From positions 130,099 through 194,098 of the forward strand of contig JAOPTR010000007.1 of the NCBI GenBank assembly GCA_051531935.1: 64,000 nt of DNA, in the 5' to 3' direction. The notes under the pieces were generated by a model. That model did not search any database and had not been told where the DNA came from. It saw only the letters and a list, made by a program, of their open reading frames with translations. The stretch's first letter is position 1; the number at the start of each line of letters is the position of its first letter. Position numbers and translations under genes: made by a program. The DNA is from Hyphomicrobiales bacterium (lineage in GTDB: Bacteria > Pseudomonadota > Alphaproteobacteria > Rhizobiales > OSC116). Positions 20,038 through 29,505 of the stretch are shown here, piece by piece.

Positions 20038-20176
20038 ACTTACACATGATCAAACTCCAGAACCAAAAGAGCCAAATTAATTGGGAATAAATTCAAACTC
20101 TAAGTGTCTTACTAAGTAGTGATTAACAAAAACCAAACCTCTCCATGCCAAATTGGCTAGGTCTCGAAAGAATAAA

Positions 20177-20644
20177 ATGAAACAATTAGCAAAAATTTTA
20201 TTAATAAGCACAGCAATTTGGCTACCACAAATTGCCGAAGCAAAAACCATAAAATTTAATTTATCAATTAAAACCTACACAGGCCCAGGTGCTTATGTGG
20301 TGGTTTACATCACGCGGCCGGACAATAAATTGCATTCAACAATATGGTTATCCTCAAAAGAAGAAAAATATCTACCAAGCTTGTTTGGTTGGCATCGTCA
20401 TGCGGTGGCACAAGGCCTAAGAATAGACGGTTTTTCAGGTGCTAGTTTAGGCTCAGGCAAAAGCATTTCATTCGAAGCCAACGTACCAGACTCCTTAATC
20501 GACGCGGGTTATAAAATTCAAGTCGATGCCGCAGCCGAGGACAATGGCTTGGCCGCAAAAGACATTAACATCCCACTCTCAACAGGCAATGCACAAGCCT
20601 CTGGTAAACGCGGTTTTGTCACATCATTTAACATGAAAATGTAG
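20177..20644 (+). CDS. DUF2271 protein, predicted flavinylation substrate
   Basis: Signal peptide, YTGPGAYVVVYI and the flavinylation-type motif IDGFSGAS; upstream of PepSY and ApbE. Confidence 0.8.
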   Translation: MKQLAKILLISTAIWLPQIAEAKTIKFNLSIKTYTGPGAYVVVYITRPDNKLHSTIWLSSKEEKYLPSLFGWHRHAVAQGLRIDGFSGASLGSGKSISFEANVPDSLIDAGYKIQVDAAAEDNGLAAKDINIPLSTGNAQASGKRGFVTSFNMKM

Positions 20645-20652
20645 GGGTAAAT

Positions 20653-22812
20653 ATGCTGCGCCAGCTTCATTCAATCCCTGGTCTAGCAGCCATGTTATTC
20701 GTCATCATCCTAGCGGTTTCTGGCGCTGTCATGTCCACAGAACCAACGTTAGATCGTCTCAATGCAGGTAATACATCAAATATTAGCTTGGCCGAATTGG
20801 CAGACAAAGTGCTTAAAACCCATTCAAGTGTCGAGCTTATCAGCCGCAGCGCAAACGGCACAATTACCGTCCAGTATTTTACAGATACAGGCATCGCTAC
20901 CGATGTTGTAAATCCACAAACAGGCCAAAGTGTAGCGCCTCAAACGCGCTCCGCCATTTTTGGCTTTTTCAAACAATTGCATCGCACTTTTTATGTTGGC
21001 ATCACGGGGCGCGTCGTGGCAGGGGTTTCCGCCTTTATAATGCTTCTAGCATGTGTTTCGGGCCTGTTTATGTTAGCCAAACGCCTCGGTGGGTGGCGGC
21101 ATATTTTCACCAAATCCAAGGGTAAAACATCTTCAAATTTGCATGTAGATATCAGCCGCATCATCATTTTGGTTTTATTCGTCACTGCGCTTACAGGTAC
21201 CTATATGTCCCTCGCAAAGTTCGAATTTATCAACGATGGCAAAGGCGGGTTTCTTCCCTTTCCTGAAAATATTTCAGGCGCAGAACCAACCAAGGTCGCC
21301 AATTTAGCAGCACTAAAAGCCGCCCCATTATCAAATTTTCGCGAATTGCGTTTTCCGTTTGAAGATGATCCTTTCGACATGTTCACCCTCACCACATCAG
21401 ATGGCCAAGGCTATATAGACCAAGCATCGGGCGAATTATTAGTCTATCAACCTAATAATACCAGTCGCAAAATATACGAATTTTTCTATATGCTGCACAC
21501 AGGGCAGGGGCTTTGGTGGTTTGGCGCAATACTCGGCATTGCTGCTTTAGGCCTGCCCATTTTGGCAATCACTGGCTTCATCATTTGGTGGCGTCGCCGC
21601 AGTGCATCTCCAAAAATAAAGTCTAACATCGCGGCGCATAAAGCCGAAACCATTATATTGGTCGGCAGTGAAACCAATATCACCCAAGGTTTTGCCAATC
21701 ATTTACATCAACAATTAAACAATGTCGGCATGGCTGCACATATTACCGACATGAATAATTTCACACCACAAAATTACCAGCAGGCCAAGAATATAATTTT
21801 CCTCACCTCCACTTATGGCGATGGTTCCGCACCCGAAACAGCTAATAAATTTATGGAAAAATTAGCAAAATATAATGCCACCCCCACATTCAAATATGCA
21901 GTTTTGGGCTTTGGCGATAAACAATTTAACCAGTTCTGCCAATTCGCAATCGGCCTAGAAACCGCACTCAAAGCAAAAGGTTGGCAATGCCTTTTACCAT
22001 TAGAATTTGTCGATAAACAATCGTCACAAACATTCCAAAATTGGGGGCAAGCCTTAGGCATAAAATTAAACAAAACCCTAAATCTAAGCCATGTGGTTTC
22101 AACGCCAAAAACTCACAACTTAACCCTAGAAGTTTCTCAAGATTTTGAATTTGAGGGCAATTTTGCAACACGCATTCTGCAATTCTCAATTCCCAAAAAC
22201 ATGCAAAATTTCGAAGCGGGTGATCTGGTCGGTATCGTCACACCCGATACTGAAATTCCGCGCTACTACTCGCTCGCCACCTGCTCAAAAGATGGCACAT
22301 TAGGCATTTGTGTGGCCAAAAAACAGGGCGGCGTTTGCTCCACCTATTTGCACAATCTTAAATCTGGCGATCAAGTAAAAGCCTACATTCAACCCAACCC
22401 CAATTTCAAACCAACCAACAATCAAAAACCGATTATAATGATTGGTGCAGGCACAGGCATTGCACCATTTATTGGGTTTATAAAAAATGCCAAAGGTGCC
22501 GCACATCTCTATTGGGGTGGCCGCCATCCAGAGGCTGATTTTCTATACCAACAAACGCTAATCGCGTATTTAAAAACAGGCCAACTCACCCAATTAAACG
22601 CAGCATTTTCACGAACAAAAACCCCCGCTTATGTGCAGCATACATTAGCACAAGATGCTGCTAATATTAGCCAACTCATGCAGAAAGGTGGGCAATTCAT
22701 CGTTTGCGGTGGGAGCAATATGGCAAGTGACGTCAAACAAACCCTAACCGATATGGGCTATGATATAAAAGTGTTAAAGCAGCAAAAAAGGTATATTGAA
22801 GATGTCTATTAA
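20653..22812 (+). CDS. PepSY-associated TM protein fused to flavodoxin and FAD/NAD(P)-binding reductase domains
   Basis: Four TM histidines (QLH, QLH, NLH, MLH), flavodoxin GSETN/STYGDG/VLGFGD, and FNR motifs RYYS, GVCSTYL, GAGTGIAPF, VCG and EDVY. Confidence 0.88.
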   Translation: MLRQLHSIPGLAAMLFVIILAVSGAVMSTEPTLDRLNAGNTSNISLAELADKVLKTHSSVELISRSANGTITVQYFTDTGIATDVVNPQTGQSVAPQTRSAIFGFFKQLHRTFYVGITGRVVAGVSAFIMLLACVSGLFMLAKRLGGWRHIFTKSKGKTSSNLHVDISRIIILVLFVTALTGTYMSLAKFEFINDGKGGFLPFPENISGAEPTKVANLAALKAAPLSNFRELRFPFEDDPFDMFTLTTSDGQGYIDQASGELLVYQPNNTSRKIYEFFYMLHTGQGLWWFGAILGIAALGLPILAITGFIIWWRRRSASPKIKSNIAAHKAETIILVGSETNITQGFANHLHQQLNNVGMAAHITDMNNFTPQNYQQAKNIIFLTSTYGDGSAPETANKFMEKLAKYNATPTFKYAVLGFGDKQFNQFCQFAIGLETALKAKGWQCLLPLEFVDKQSSQTFQNWGQALGIKLNKTLNLSHVVSTPKTHNLTLEVSQDFEFEGNFATRILQFSIPKNMQNFEAGDLVGIVTPDTEIPRYYSLATCSKDGTLGICVAKKQGGVCSTYLHNLKSGDQVKAYIQPNPNFKPTNNQKPIIMIGAGTGIAPFIGFIKNAKGAAHLYWGGRHPEADFLYQQTLIAYLKTGQLTQLNAAFSRTKTPAYVQHTLAQDAANISQLMQKGGQFIVCGGSNMASDVKQTLTDMGYDIKVLKQQKRYIEDVY

Positions 22813-23776
22813 GCCATCAACATTTTACCAAAAAGCCATGGTAACTGGCGCGACCATGGGTACGCAATTTTCGGCAATTTTTTATGTCGAACAAGGTCAT
22901 GATGCAAGTAAAATTGCCAACAAGTTACAAGCAGCCGTTACATTGGTCGATAACCAAATGTCCAATTGGAAGGCCAATTCAGATCTCACTAAATTCAACA
23001 ATACAGCTTGCAATATTTGGACAACAATCCCCGAAGATATGTTCTATGTGATCGAGAATGCCCTCAACATAGCCCAAATAACCAATGGCGCATTTGATAT
23101 TGCAGTTGGTAATATGGTCAACGCATGGGGCTTTGGCCCCGCACATTCAAACCCGAATGCCCAAGATATAAAACAGCTTTCACAACAAAATAATGGCAAT
23201 ATATTAGATGTATTAAAGCTAGATGCCGCAAATTCAAGTCTATGTAAATCTGCCCCGTTAATGCTCGATCTATGCGGTATCGCCAAAGGTTACGGGGTCG
23301 ATAAATTGGCCGAGATTCTAAACGCAGCCAATATAGATAATTATCTAGTGTCGATAGATGGCGAAATGCGCGCCAAAGGCACAAAACCCAATACCGAATA
23401 TGAAGATGCAGGCGCTTGGAATGTCGCGATAGAACAACCTATACCCGAAATTAGAGACATTGCCCGCGTGATAAAGCTAGAAAACGCCGCCATCGCCACA
23501 TCGGGAGATTACCGTCATTTGCATGAGTTCAATAACCAAATTATCTCTCACACCATGGACAAAAAAACCCAAGCACCCTTGGCTAACAACATCGCTTCCC
23601 TATCAATCATTGCACAAGATTGCATGCATGCCGATGCCTATGCAACAGCATGCATGGTCATGGGCGAAGCAAAAGGCATCGAATTTGCACGTAAAAACCA
23701 GTTGAATGCCTTGTTCATAATCCGTGATGGTTTAGATTTTCGCCAAATTGCTACAGGCATATTCGAACAAAAATAA
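22802..23776 (+). CDS. apbE: FAD:protein FMN transferase
   Basis: TMGT, GAFDIAVG, DLCGIAKGYGVD, ATSGDY and ADAYATA. Confidence 0.92.
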   Translation: MSIKPSTFYQKAMVTGATMGTQFSAIFYVEQGHDASKIANKLQAAVTLVDNQMSNWKANSDLTKFNNTACNIWTTIPEDMFYVIENALNIAQITNGAFDIAVGNMVNAWGFGPAHSNPNAQDIKQLSQQNNGNILDVLKLDAANSSLCKSAPLMLDLCGIAKGYGVDKLAEILNAANIDNYLVSIDGEMRAKGTKPNTEYEDAGAWNVAIEQPIPEIRDIARVIKLENAAIATSGDYRHLHEFNNQIISHTMDKKTQAPLANNIASLSIIAQDCMHADAYATACMVMGEAKGIEFARKNQLNALFIIRDGLDFRQIATGIFEQK

Positions 23777-23881
23777 AGTGCAATTCGCGATAAGCTCGGT
23801 TACAACATATAAAAATAGAAGGCACATGCCTTTAAGTAATGCAGTAATTTATTTTAAAAACTTAAAAATTCCGAGCTTAAA

Positions 23882-24256
23882 ATGAAAAATAACCAACGCA
23901 TAGAATCCGATCTCCCTCAATGCAGTCAAGATTGGGGTTGGACATATCATCATATGGGCATTCCAAGCGCTAAAAAGCTGCCAAATATGCGCCACATACC
24001 GCATTTAGGTATGTGGGTTACGGGTTTTGATACCAGCCCATATGGCGTGGAGTGGATGTATTTCGATGCCGATAGCATCATAGATCCGTTGATTCAAAGA
24101 ATTCCCCATCCCGCTTTTGTAGTGCCAGATCTGCGCGAGGCCATCAAAGGTAAACAACTTATGGGCGAGCCAAGCATGCCATCACATGGCATAAAAGTGG
24201 CAATGATTCTGCACAATGGCGCACCTGTCGAGCTTATGCAGTTCGAAACCGAATAG
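23882..24256 (+). CDS. Hypothetical protein, probable VOC/glyoxalase-like fold
   Basis: YHHMGIP, PHPAFVVPDL and GAPVELMQF resemble VOC metal-binding positions. Confidence 0.6.
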   Translation: MKNNQRIESDLPQCSQDWGWTYHHMGIPSAKKLPNMRHIPHLGMWVTGFDTSPYGVEWMYFDADSIIDPLIQRIPHPAFVVPDLREAIKGKQLMGEPSMPSHGIKVAMILHNGAPVELMQFETE

Positions 24257-24270
24257 CTCAAACCCAAAAA

Positions 24271-24302
24271 GACCTTCGAAAATCAAACGAGTTTCGAAGG
24301 TC
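24271..24302. terminator. Hairpin between convergent genes
   Basis: 11-bp inverted repeat GACCTTCGAAA...TTTCGAAGGTC. On the minus strand it is followed by a T-run (AAAAA at 24266-24270), consistent with the GH9 terminator. Confidence 0.7.
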
Positions 24303-24325
24303 AATAATGTCATTCTAATCAGCTT

Positions 24326-26617
24326 TTATTGATCCGCAAGCATAGATGCCACTTGGCTCAAAGCCGCGTTCCAATTAATGGTAATTTCATTGGTTGCCCA
24401 ACTTTCAATGTCATCAATGTAGCAAGTTTGCCCAGGGCAACCACTGGTACCAAATAAATTCTGCACAACAGGATCTTGAATAGAGCTATTCGGCCCGCCC
24501 GATAAACTACCCTTTGGCGGGTGTGGTAAATCAGGGTTTATCTGTGCCGAGAACCAACGAGAATGCTGGTTTTCAGAATAATGGCTACCATATCCAGTTA
24601 CATAACTATTATTCAGCGCGTTGCGGCCAAATATATAATCCATTGCCTCCAACATACCATTGCGGTATTTGGCGTCATCCGTCAGCTCAAATGCAGTGCC
24701 CATCACAATGGCATTTTGTATCACCAAATGCGTGCTGCCCCAGTCATAAATACCTTTAGGTGGGTTATATGGCATGCCAAATATTTGCCCTGCCTGAATT
24801 TCCAAATATTTATCGGCTTCCGAAATTATAAAGCCTTGCGCTTGTTTCACTTCATCCGCACTTAAACCATTTGGCACAGTGGCAAGGTTTATCCGCGCTA
24901 ACATTTCGGTGCTCGCCCAATCAAACGCATAATGTATCGCGCTAGGCTCTTGCCAATGTTGGTTGGTTAGAATATCAGCTTTATAAGCTTCATCCCCAGT
25001 GGTGATGTAAAGTTCAGTTGCTGCCCAATAATATTCATCATCTAGCTCAACATCATCATATGGGCCACCACCACTATCGCCATCAGCAGCGGGCGCTAGC
25101 AAAATTGGCATGTCTTTTGCGGTTTGGTAGGCCGCTTTTGCCGCGGTTAACAACTTGTCAGCATAAACAGCATCAAATTGCTTAAACAAGCGTGCGGCTT
25201 GGGCAGCTGTTGCGGCTAAGTTCAAGGTCGCAGCGGTAGATGGTCTGTGTAGTTCACGCAACCGATCATCCAAATGCGGCAACAATGGCAATCCAGTCCA
25301 ACTGGCATCATGTATTTTATGATGCACCAAACCAGCAAGCGGCTTGCCTTCTGGCACAACCATTTTCAGCATAAAATCAAGCTCCCACTTGGCTTCGTCT
25401 AAGATATCAGGAATGCCATTACTTTGCTCAACAACAGGTAATGAACCATCACCCAATGCGGCCAAAGCTTCGCCTTTGCGCAACGTGGCGCGTTCATATG
25501 TATGCAGCATTTGCGCAACCGATATGCCGCCATTGACCACATATTTGCCATGGTCACCCGCATCATACCAACCGCCCGTAACGTCTAATTTATAATCACA
25601 AGTCCATGCTTCACCGTAGATTTTTTGGCTAACCTCTGGTGTTTGGCAACCCACTTCGGTATCGCCAGTATTTGGCGCAATGCCCATATGTCCCGCAGGG
25701 CGAGCATATTTTGCACCGGCAATCTTGCCATCAATTTCAATGCCAGAGCGCACGGGGTAAAAATACGACAACGCATCAATGCGCAAACTGTCATATAAAT
25801 CTGCTTTAATAGAAAACGGATCAGAAACCCAATCATCACCTTTTTTATTGGCCACAACAATTTTAAAACCATCACCAGTGGCGGTCGCTTCTGTAAAATC
25901 AATAAGATGAATTTTCTCTTCGCCCGCCGTTGGGTCAACACCCTTTTGCTGGGTATAACCATTGCTAACTTCTTTGCCAGCGCTGTTTAATAATAACCAT
26001 TTTTGTGGTGCATATTTGTCCAGAACTAAATTGGCGCGTTTGGGGCCATCAGGCAAATAACCCACTTGGTTCACCCGCACGTTGGTTGCGGTTTTGGCTT
26101 TATATTGGGCAATGTCAGTGCCAGAATTTAGCTCAACATTATCAATGCAGAATTTCCAAGCTGTTTTAGATCCCCCAATCTGAAAAACAACCTGAGCATT
26201 TTTTATATCGACAACGGATTTAAAACTAGCATTATATTTGGCGCCATCAGGCGTCGCAGGCTTGGTAATGGTTGCGTAAGCAGTCCAAGGGTCTGCAGGC
26301 ATTTGCACCAATGCACGTATATTGCCGCTAGGCGCGCCCGAAGCTTCAAATTTAAACGAATATTTTTCACCTTTCACCAAAGTTAGGTCGTTTATACCAA
26401 CAATCACATCCCACGGATTTGCGGTTTTGGCAGGCACGTCAACGCATAATTGCTCATCAACAAGTGCAGGCGATACGTTTCCAGTGCCCCACCACGGGTC
26501 TATAATGCTTACAAATTTGCCATTTTTAACTAAGTTTTCGGCCGATACGGCACTGCATGTCAGCGCGATAGCCGATGTGAGACAAACAAATTTGCCCAAC
26601 ATTGTGGTTTTAAACAT
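24326..26617 (-). CDS. Secreted GH9 glycoside hydrolase (CBM4_9 - Ig-like - GH9)
   Basis: Signal peptide, CBM4-like NLVKNG/NPWD, VRVNQVGYLP, GGWYDAGDHGKY and DDIESWATNEITINWNA. Start at 26617 after a GGAGGG RBS. Confidence 0.9.
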   Translation of the reverse strand: MFKTTMLGKFVCLTSAIALTCSAVSAENLVKNGKFVSIIDPWWGTGNVSPALVDEQLCVDVPAKTANPWDVIVGINDLTLVKGEKYSFKFEASGAPSGNIRALVQMPADPWTAYATITKPATPDGAKYNASFKSVVDIKNAQVVFQIGGSKTAWKFCIDNVELNSGTDIAQYKAKTATNVRVNQVGYLPDGPKRANLVLDKYAPQKWLLLNSAGKEVSNGYTQQKGVDPTAGEEKIHLIDFTEATATGDGFKIVVANKKGDDWVSDPFSIKADLYDSLRIDALSYFYPVRSGIEIDGKIAGAKYARPAGHMGIAPNTGDTEVGCQTPEVSQKIYGEAWTCDYKLDVTGGWYDAGDHGKYVVNGGISVAQMLHTYERATLRKGEALAALGDGSLPVVEQSNGIPDILDEAKWELDFMLKMVVPEGKPLAGLVHHKIHDASWTGLPLLPHLDDRLRELHRPSTAATLNLAATAAQAARLFKQFDAVYADKLLTAAKAAYQTAKDMPILLAPAADGDSGGGPYDDVELDDEYYWAATELYITTGDEAYKADILTNQHWQEPSAIHYAFDWASTEMLARINLATVPNGLSADEVKQAQGFIISEADKYLEIQAGQIFGMPYNPPKGIYDWGSTHLVIQNAIVMGTAFELTDDAKYRNGMLEAMDYIFGRNALNNSYVTGYGSHYSENQHSRWFSAQINPDLPHPPKGSLSGGPNSSIQDPVVQNLFGTSGCPGQTCYIDDIESWATNEITINWNAALSQVASMLADQ

Positions 26618-26789
26618 AAAAATCCCTCCCAAGAATTCACACTCATTTCTACACTCGCCTTTAGTCTAAGAATAACGATAAAATCTGTCAACTTTTCAGC
26701 AAAAATTGGTATCAGAGGGTTAGACAAAAATACGCACCAGTGTTATCGTTAATCATCAAAATAATAAAACCGCTAAATCAGAGGCACAT

Positions 26790-27629
26790 ATGAAACGCAT
26801 TGATGCACATCAACATTTTTGGCAATTAAGCCGTGGCGATTACGATTGGCTTACACCCGCATTAGGTGTCATTCACCGCGATTTTTCCGCAGGTGATTTA
26901 AAACCACTTATTGATGATGCCAAAATAGATGGCACTATCATTGTACAGGCTGCATCCACGGTGGCAGAAACCGAATATATGCTGTCCATCGCGGCTCAAA
27001 ACGAATGGGTATATGGTGTTGTTGGGTGGGTAGATATGTTGGCCGATGACGCTTCAGATGTCATTAAGCGTTTGGCAAAAAATCCAAAACTTGTCGGCAT
27101 TCGCGCTGCCATCGAAGGCGATGATGACCATGATTGGATTTTGCAACCGCAACTCGCCCCCGCCATTCAAACACTTATCGACCTCAATCTAACATTCGAT
27201 TGCCAAGGTCGTGTTTGGCTGCTTAAAAACCTATTTAAATTTTTCAAAATTTACCCCGATCTGCGCTGTGTCATCGACCATTGCGCCAAGCCGTTGATAA
27301 AAGATCAGGTGATGCAACCATGGGCAGATGAAATCGCCGAAATTGCCCAAAATACCAATGTCTATTGTAAACTTTCAGGCCTCAGTACCGAGGCTAAACA
27401 TCACGAATGGACAAAAGCCGACATCGCTCCCTATGCCGCACACACACTCAAACAATTTGGCGCCAACAGAGTGATGTTCGGTAGTGATTGGCCAGTGGTA
27501 AACCTAGGTGCCGATTACAAATCATGGCACGAAGCCGTAACTAGTTTCACCAGCGAAATGACTTCAGCCGAAAAAGACGCTATCTTTGGTGGCACAGCTG
27601 CCAATTTCTACCTAAGCAGAAGCGGATGA
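26790..27629 (+). CDS. Amidohydrolase_2 family, L-fuconolactonase-like sugar lactonase
   Basis: IDAHQHFW, VIDHCAKP, CKLSGL and MFGSDWPV. Confidence 0.85.
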   Translation: MKRIDAHQHFWQLSRGDYDWLTPALGVIHRDFSAGDLKPLIDDAKIDGTIIVQAASTVAETEYMLSIAAQNEWVYGVVGWVDMLADDASDVIKRLAKNPKLVGIRAAIEGDDDHDWILQPQLAPAIQTLIDLNLTFDCQGRVWLLKNLFKFFKIYPDLRCVIDHCAKPLIKDQVMQPWADEIAEIAQNTNVYCKLSGLSTEAKHHEWTKADIAPYAAHTLKQFGANRVMFGSDWPVVNLGADYKSWHEAVTSFTSEMTSAEKDAIFGGTAANFYLSRSG

Positions 27630-27672
27630 GCAAACATCTACATTTCCACATCAGTTTTGGCGCTCCATTACG

Positions 27673-28548
27673 CTAATTCAAAAGCTGCAATTTGTCAGGG
27701 TTGCGCACCGTATAAATATCTGCAATCGCTCCATCTTCGTTCACATCAATACATATCGGCTGCAAGCTACTGTCTGCATTGGTCAGCATCAACGCGGCTT
27801 GTCCATTAATGATAGCTAACCGCAAACTGGTCGCGGCATTAAATTTTTCCTTCTTGGCAAACCCTATTAACATCTTAGCCACAGCCTGAGCGCCACTAAC
27901 TATGTTAAGCGCAGCGGTAATCTTGCCACCACCATCAGCATAATATTTAACATCATCAGCTAGTTGTGCTTGCAGATCAGATAAATCGCCTGTTTGGCTT
28001 GCCGTCAAAAATGCGGTTATTAGTTTTTCAAATGTTGCCTCAGTTGGCGCAAATCTTTTCTCTCGTTTGGCAAGTTGGCCGCGCGCCCGCGATGCAAGTT
28101 TCCGACATGCCGAGGGGCTGCGCTCTAATGTGATGGCTATTTCGTCAAAGCTAAGGTCAAATAAATCATGCAATAAATAAGCGGCGCGCTCAAGTGGTGA
28201 TAACTGCTCAAGCGTCAGCATAATCGCATAAGATATATCAATGCCATTCTCAACCGCCAAGGTCGATATTTCTTGGCGGGCATCCACTGGTTCTGGCAAC
28301 CATGTGCCAATATATTGCTCACGCTTTTTCCGTGCCGATTTTAGCTGATCAAGGCATAATCGCATGACTATTTTTGTAAAATAGGCTTTAGGATATTCAA
28401 CTTCATCTTTGGCCTTAGCAAATCGCAGCCAAGCTTCTTGCACAATGTCTTCACTATCAGCAACGCTGCCCAACATGCGGTAGGCCAATGCCATAAGCCG
28501 AGGCCGTAAACTTACAAATATCGCCTCGTTGTGGTTCTGCTCAGTCAT
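27673..28548 (-). CDS. ECF41 (SigJ-type) sigma factor with C-terminal SnoaL-like extension
   Basis: AYRMLGSVADSEDIVQEAWLR plus the ECF41 motifs WLPEP, DGGGK and RNPDKL. Confidence 0.92.
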   Translation of the reverse strand: MTEQNHNEAIFVSLRPRLMALAYRMLGSVADSEDIVQEAWLRFAKAKDEVEYPKAYFTKIVMRLCLDQLKSARKKREQYIGTWLPEPVDARQEISTLAVENGIDISYAIMLTLEQLSPLERAAYLLHDLFDLSFDEIAITLERSPSACRKLASRARGQLAKREKRFAPTEATFEKLITAFLTASQTGDLSDLQAQLADDVKYYADGGGKITAALNIVSGAQAVAKMLIGFAKKEKFNAATSLRLAIINGQAALMLTNADSSLQPICIDVNEDGAIADIYTVRNPDKLQLLN

Positions 28549-29074
28549 TCAAAATCTCCGCCACAATGTCAGTAGGTCTACGGCAGCTAACGGCTTCACC
28601 AAGCCCACGCTTAAGCTTCGGGTAAAATTCACCAAAATTATATGCATTGGCAACATCCCAAAGCCCTTTTTTGCCATATTCAATTTTAATATGGTCGATA
28701 ATATCCATCAAGTCTAGGTCATTGCGCGCAATGGCATGGGCATATTCATATCCTAGTAATATGTCCTTATTCATATTTTCCACATCCCCCAATATCAAGT
28801 TGGCAAGTTGATGGCGCTCAACACCTGCTTCGATGGCTATGTTAATTGCCATTTGAGTGCAGGTTCCGCAGTCAGCTATATGCGAAGCCGTAACCCTAAC
28901 CGCAAAATACAGTTCTTTTGGCACCACACTAAAATGTTGAATGAACGCATTCGCCAATCCAAATCGTAAGAATTTGGCAGGGTAAATTTCAGCCAATTCA
29001 ATCATATAATTCATGTCACAATCATATTTTTTGGCAAATGTGTTTAGTGATTTTTTAGCAAAATAAGTCAGCAT
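28541..29074 (-). CDS. AhpD/carboxymuconolactone decarboxylase-like protein
   Basis: CxxC motif DCGTCTQM followed by AIEAGV, helical sequence, and the typical ECF41 context. Confidence 0.6.
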   Translation of the reverse strand: MLTYFAKKSLNTFAKKYDCDMNYMIELAEIYPAKFLRFGLANAFIQHFSVVPKELYFAVRVTASHIADCGTCTQMAINIAIEAGVERHQLANLILGDVENMNKDILLGYEYAHAIARNDLDLMDIIDHIKIEYGKKGLWDVANAYNFGEFYPKLKRGLGEAVSCRRPTDIVAEILND

Positions 29075-29075
29075 A

Positions 29076-29429
29076 TTATTTTCTTTCCTGAGTGATAATT
29101 AGGGTGCAAAAAATAACCGCAGGAATAATAATAAGCACTCCATCACGTAAAATTTCATTCAGGCCAAAATGACCATCCAAAATTTCAATCATATGAAGCG
29201 CGGCATGCCCTCCAATAAATATAATGGGCGTAAAATGTCGGGCTTTTGGTAACCATGCCCATGCAGATGCCGCACAAAAACCAAGGCCAATGTCCCGTAT
29301 AAAATGCCCATTCATCGCGCCAGTATGCTCAACACCAGGGGTGATTTTATACCAAAATTCAGGGGCTAAAATCATCAGAAATCCATTCATTAAATAAAAT
29401 GCCGAAATAAGCTTCAAACCAAGTTTCAT
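29076..29429 (-). CDS. Small membrane protein of unknown function
   Basis: Hydrophobic segments with WY...PGVEHTG.MNGHFIRDIG and HAALH. Start placed at 29429 after an AGGA RBS, downstream of the ECF41 promoter. Confidence 0.65.
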   Translation of the reverse strand: MKLGLKLISAFYLMNGFLMILAPEFWYKITPGVEHTGAMNGHFIRDIGLGFCAASAWAWLPKARHFTPIIFIGGHAALHMIEILDGHFGLNEILRDGVLIIIPAVIFCTLIITQERK

Positions 29430-29460
29430 ATTCATTCCTATCAATTGTCGATGATAAGTA

Positions 29461-29486
29461 GACGAGCGAAAAAAGAACATGTGACA
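29461..29486 (-). promoter_or_regulatory. ECF41-dependent promoter
   Basis: Minus strand reads TGTCACA-N15-CGTC; the known ECF41 consensus is TGTCACA-N16-CGTC. It heads the operon that contains the sigma factor. Confidence 0.8.
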
Positions 29487-29505
29487 AGGTTTTTAAAATA
29501 ATAAT

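Noticed and set aside
22838-22852. TGAT flavinylation-like motif inside ApbE (VTGATMGT)
   Set aside because: It coincides with the ordinary conserved TMGT segment of ApbE and lacks the upstream Asp of the substrate motif.
26674-26755. LacI-like TGTTATCGTTAATC and inverted AACGATAA/TTATCGTT between GH9 and the lactonase
   Set aside because: The palindrome is imperfect and there is no cognate regulator nearby; too weak to call.
29430-29480. N-terminal extension of the 134-aa membrane ORF
   Set aside because: It overlaps the ECF41 promoter, and an RBS supports the start at 29429.
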